Of a stretch of 64,000 nt of DNA, positions 61,840-64,000 are shown in pieces; position 1 is the stretch's first letter, and every line of letters starts with the position of its first letter. The stretch covers positions 199,704,001 to 199,768,000 of the forward strand of contig NC_086097.1 in the NCBI RefSeq assembly GCF_963921235.1. The letters are read 5' to 3'. A program made the position numbers and the translations under genes. The notes beneath the pieces are model-generated. The model saw nothing but the letters and a program-made list of their open reading frames with translations. It searched no databases and was not told the DNA's origin. This DNA is from Mobula hypostoma. Lineage: Eukaryota.

Positions 61840-63585
61840 TGATTGCTAAAGGGGTTTGGATGGGTGGAGTTTAAAGCAGAGTTGCAGGGGGATGGGATCA
61901 GAGTGCCAGAACAGATAGTGGAATGGTTGTGGAGACGGATGTTGTTAAGACCTCAGATGTCAGGAATCAAAAGGTTGAGTAGGGTGAGACTAATGTTCTG
62001 AGTTGTGTATATTTCAATGCAAGAAGTATTGTAGGAGAGGCAAATGTGCTCAGGGCATGGTTCAATACATGGAATTATGATATTGTAGCTATTAGTGAGT
62101 CTTGCTTGCAGGAGGGGCAGGACTGTGGTTAGACATTCTGGGGTTTAGTTGTTTCAGACGCAACAGAGCAGGAAGGATTCAAGGGGGAGGATTGGCGCTA
62201 ATAGTGTCAGAGAAAATATCACGGTAGTGCTCGGTCATGATGGGCTGGAGTACACATCCAATGAGGCTTTATGGATAGAACTGTGAAAGGAATAACCACA
62301 TTAATGGGGCTATATTATAGACCATCCAACAGTCCGCAGGATTTAGAGGAACAAATTTGTGGACAGATCGCAGACTGATGCAAGAAACAGAAGGTTATGA
62401 GAGCAAGTTTTTTTAACTTTCCACATATTGACTGGGACTCCTATTCTGTAAAAGGACTAGATGGGAAAACACATGAAAACCTGCAGATGCTGGAAATCTA
62501 GGCAACACACACAAAATGCTGGAGGAACTCAGCAGACCAGGCAGCATCTTTAGAAAAAAGTAAACATTTGATGTTTCGGGACTGGAAAAAAATGATGAGA
62601 AGTCAGAGTAAGAAGGTGGGGGGGGGGAAGGAAGAGAAGAAATACAAGCTGGTAGGTGAAACCTGAGGTGGGGAGGAGAGGAGGGGTGAAGTAAAGAGTT
62701 GGGAAATTGATGGGTGAAAGATAAATGGTTGGAGAAGGGGGAATCTGATGGGAGAGGATAGAAGACAATGGAAGAAAGGGAAGGGAGAGGAGAACCAGAG
62801 GGAGGGGATGGACAGGTAAGGAGATAAAGTGGGAGGGAAACAGGAATGGGGAATCAAGGAGAAGAGCCCAGTGAGCGGTAGGGCATTGAAGAGTGCAGTA
62901 GAACAAAGGGATCTGAGATTACAGGTAGATAATTCATTGAAAGTGGTGTCACAGGTAGATTGGGTCGTAAAGAAAGCTTTAGGTGCGTTGGCCTTCATTA
63001 CTGTTGAGTACAGGAGGAAGAAAGTTATGCTTAAGTTGTACAAGATGTTTGTGAGGCCCACTTTGGAGTATTGTGTGCAGTTTTGGTCACCTACCTGCAG
63101 GAAAGATGTAAATAGTATTGAAAGAGAACAGAGAAAATTTACAAGGACATTGCTGGGACTGAAGGACATGAGTTACAAGAAGAGATTGAATAGGTTAAGA
63201 CTATATTCTTCAGAATGTAGAAGATTGAGGGGAGATTTGATAGTGGTATACAAAATTATGAGGGATATAGGGTAAAAGCAAGCAGGCTTTTTCTACTGAA
63301 GTTGGGTGAGACTACAACTAAAGATCATAGGTTGAGAGTGAAATGAAAAGTTTGAGTAACATACAAGGAAACTTCTTCACTCAGAAGATGGTGAGTGTGT
63401 GGAATGAGCTGCCAGCACAAGTGGTGGTTGCAAGCTCTATTTCAGTGTTTAAGTGAAGTTTGGATAGGTACATGGATGGGGGTGTATGAAGGGCTATGGT
63501 CTGGGTGCAGGTTGAATGAACTAGGCAGGTTAAATGGTTTGGCATGGACTAAATGGGCTGAGGGTCTGTGCTGTAGTTTTCTAAG
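61840..63585 (+). mobile_element. CR1 with APE part (61840-62465) and RT C-terminus (62870-63585); middle missing
   Basis: CVYFNARSI..YYRPSNS..FNFPHIDW; SGRALKSAVEQRDL..LEYCVQFWSP. Confidence 0.85.
62468..62855 (-). mobile_element. PLE pLTR / 3' UTR fragment
   Basis: aaacctgcagatgctggaaatc tail and polypurine 3' UTR; hammerhead partly deleted. Confidence 0.85.
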
Positions 63586-63679
63586 ACTATTGGCCTGGGT
63601 TAGCTTTGTTTTTCCACTTCTCTTAGGAGATAGAGTGGAACATGTTACATAATAAAGTTGAAGGTATGATAAATGAGAT

Positions 63680-64000
63680 ACTGCTGACGCTGGAACTCTT
63701 GAGCAACACATAGAAAATGCTGGAGAAACACAAAGTCAGGCAGCGTTTGTGGAGGTTAATAAACAGTTGATGTTTTGGGCCAGAAACCTTCATCAAGACA
63801 GAAAAGGAACTGGGCAGAAGGCAGAGAAAGGTTGGGTGAGGGGAACAAGTACAAGCTGGCAGGTGATGAGAGAGACCAGGTAAGAGGAATGGAGGGTAGC
63901 TGAAGGGTTGAAGTAAGATGCTGGGAGATGATATGGAAAGAAGTGAAGTGCTGAAGAAGGAATCTCACAAGAAGATAGTAGACTATGGAAGAAAGGGAAG
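63680..64000 (-). mobile_element. Old PLE pLTR running off the window end; decayed hammerhead at 63764-63801
   Basis: Minus strand gtcTTGATGAaggtttctggcccAAAAcatcaac. Confidence 0.75.

Overview
Eukaryotic, repeat-dominated vertebrate DNA. The repeat inventory (HE1-like V-SINEs, abundant CR1, Rex1/Babar, Penelope) suggests a cartilaginous fish, probably a ray; this is an inference. Nearly all long ORFs belong to retroelements: CR1 (old full-length and young 5'-truncated), Rex1/Babar, L2, Penelope-like elements (PLEs) and two HERO-like RLE non-LTR elements. There is also a Charlie/MER1-type hAT transposon and two tRNA-SINE families. Host-gene signal is limited to a CpG-rich ETS/GC-box promoter at ~43.3 kb, a plus-strand exon at ~44.0 kb, and several weak minus-strand exon candidates. 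Main observations: (1) a ~630-bp non-autonomous RTE-type element (59230-59857, minus) has a helix-by-helix HDV-like ribozyme fold at its 5' end and shares its internal hairpin and 3' tail with a tRNA-headed SINE in this window; (2) one PLE copy (2721-7082) contains two different HERO-like elements, one flanked by a 49-bp duplication and one fused in frame to the PLE RT; (3) minimal hammerhead motifs occur in the PLE termini; (4) a minisatellite arose inside a PLE 3' UTR and was then hit by a hAT, which was itself hit by a young CR1. Boundaries of degenerate repeats are approximate; no database search or folding program was run.
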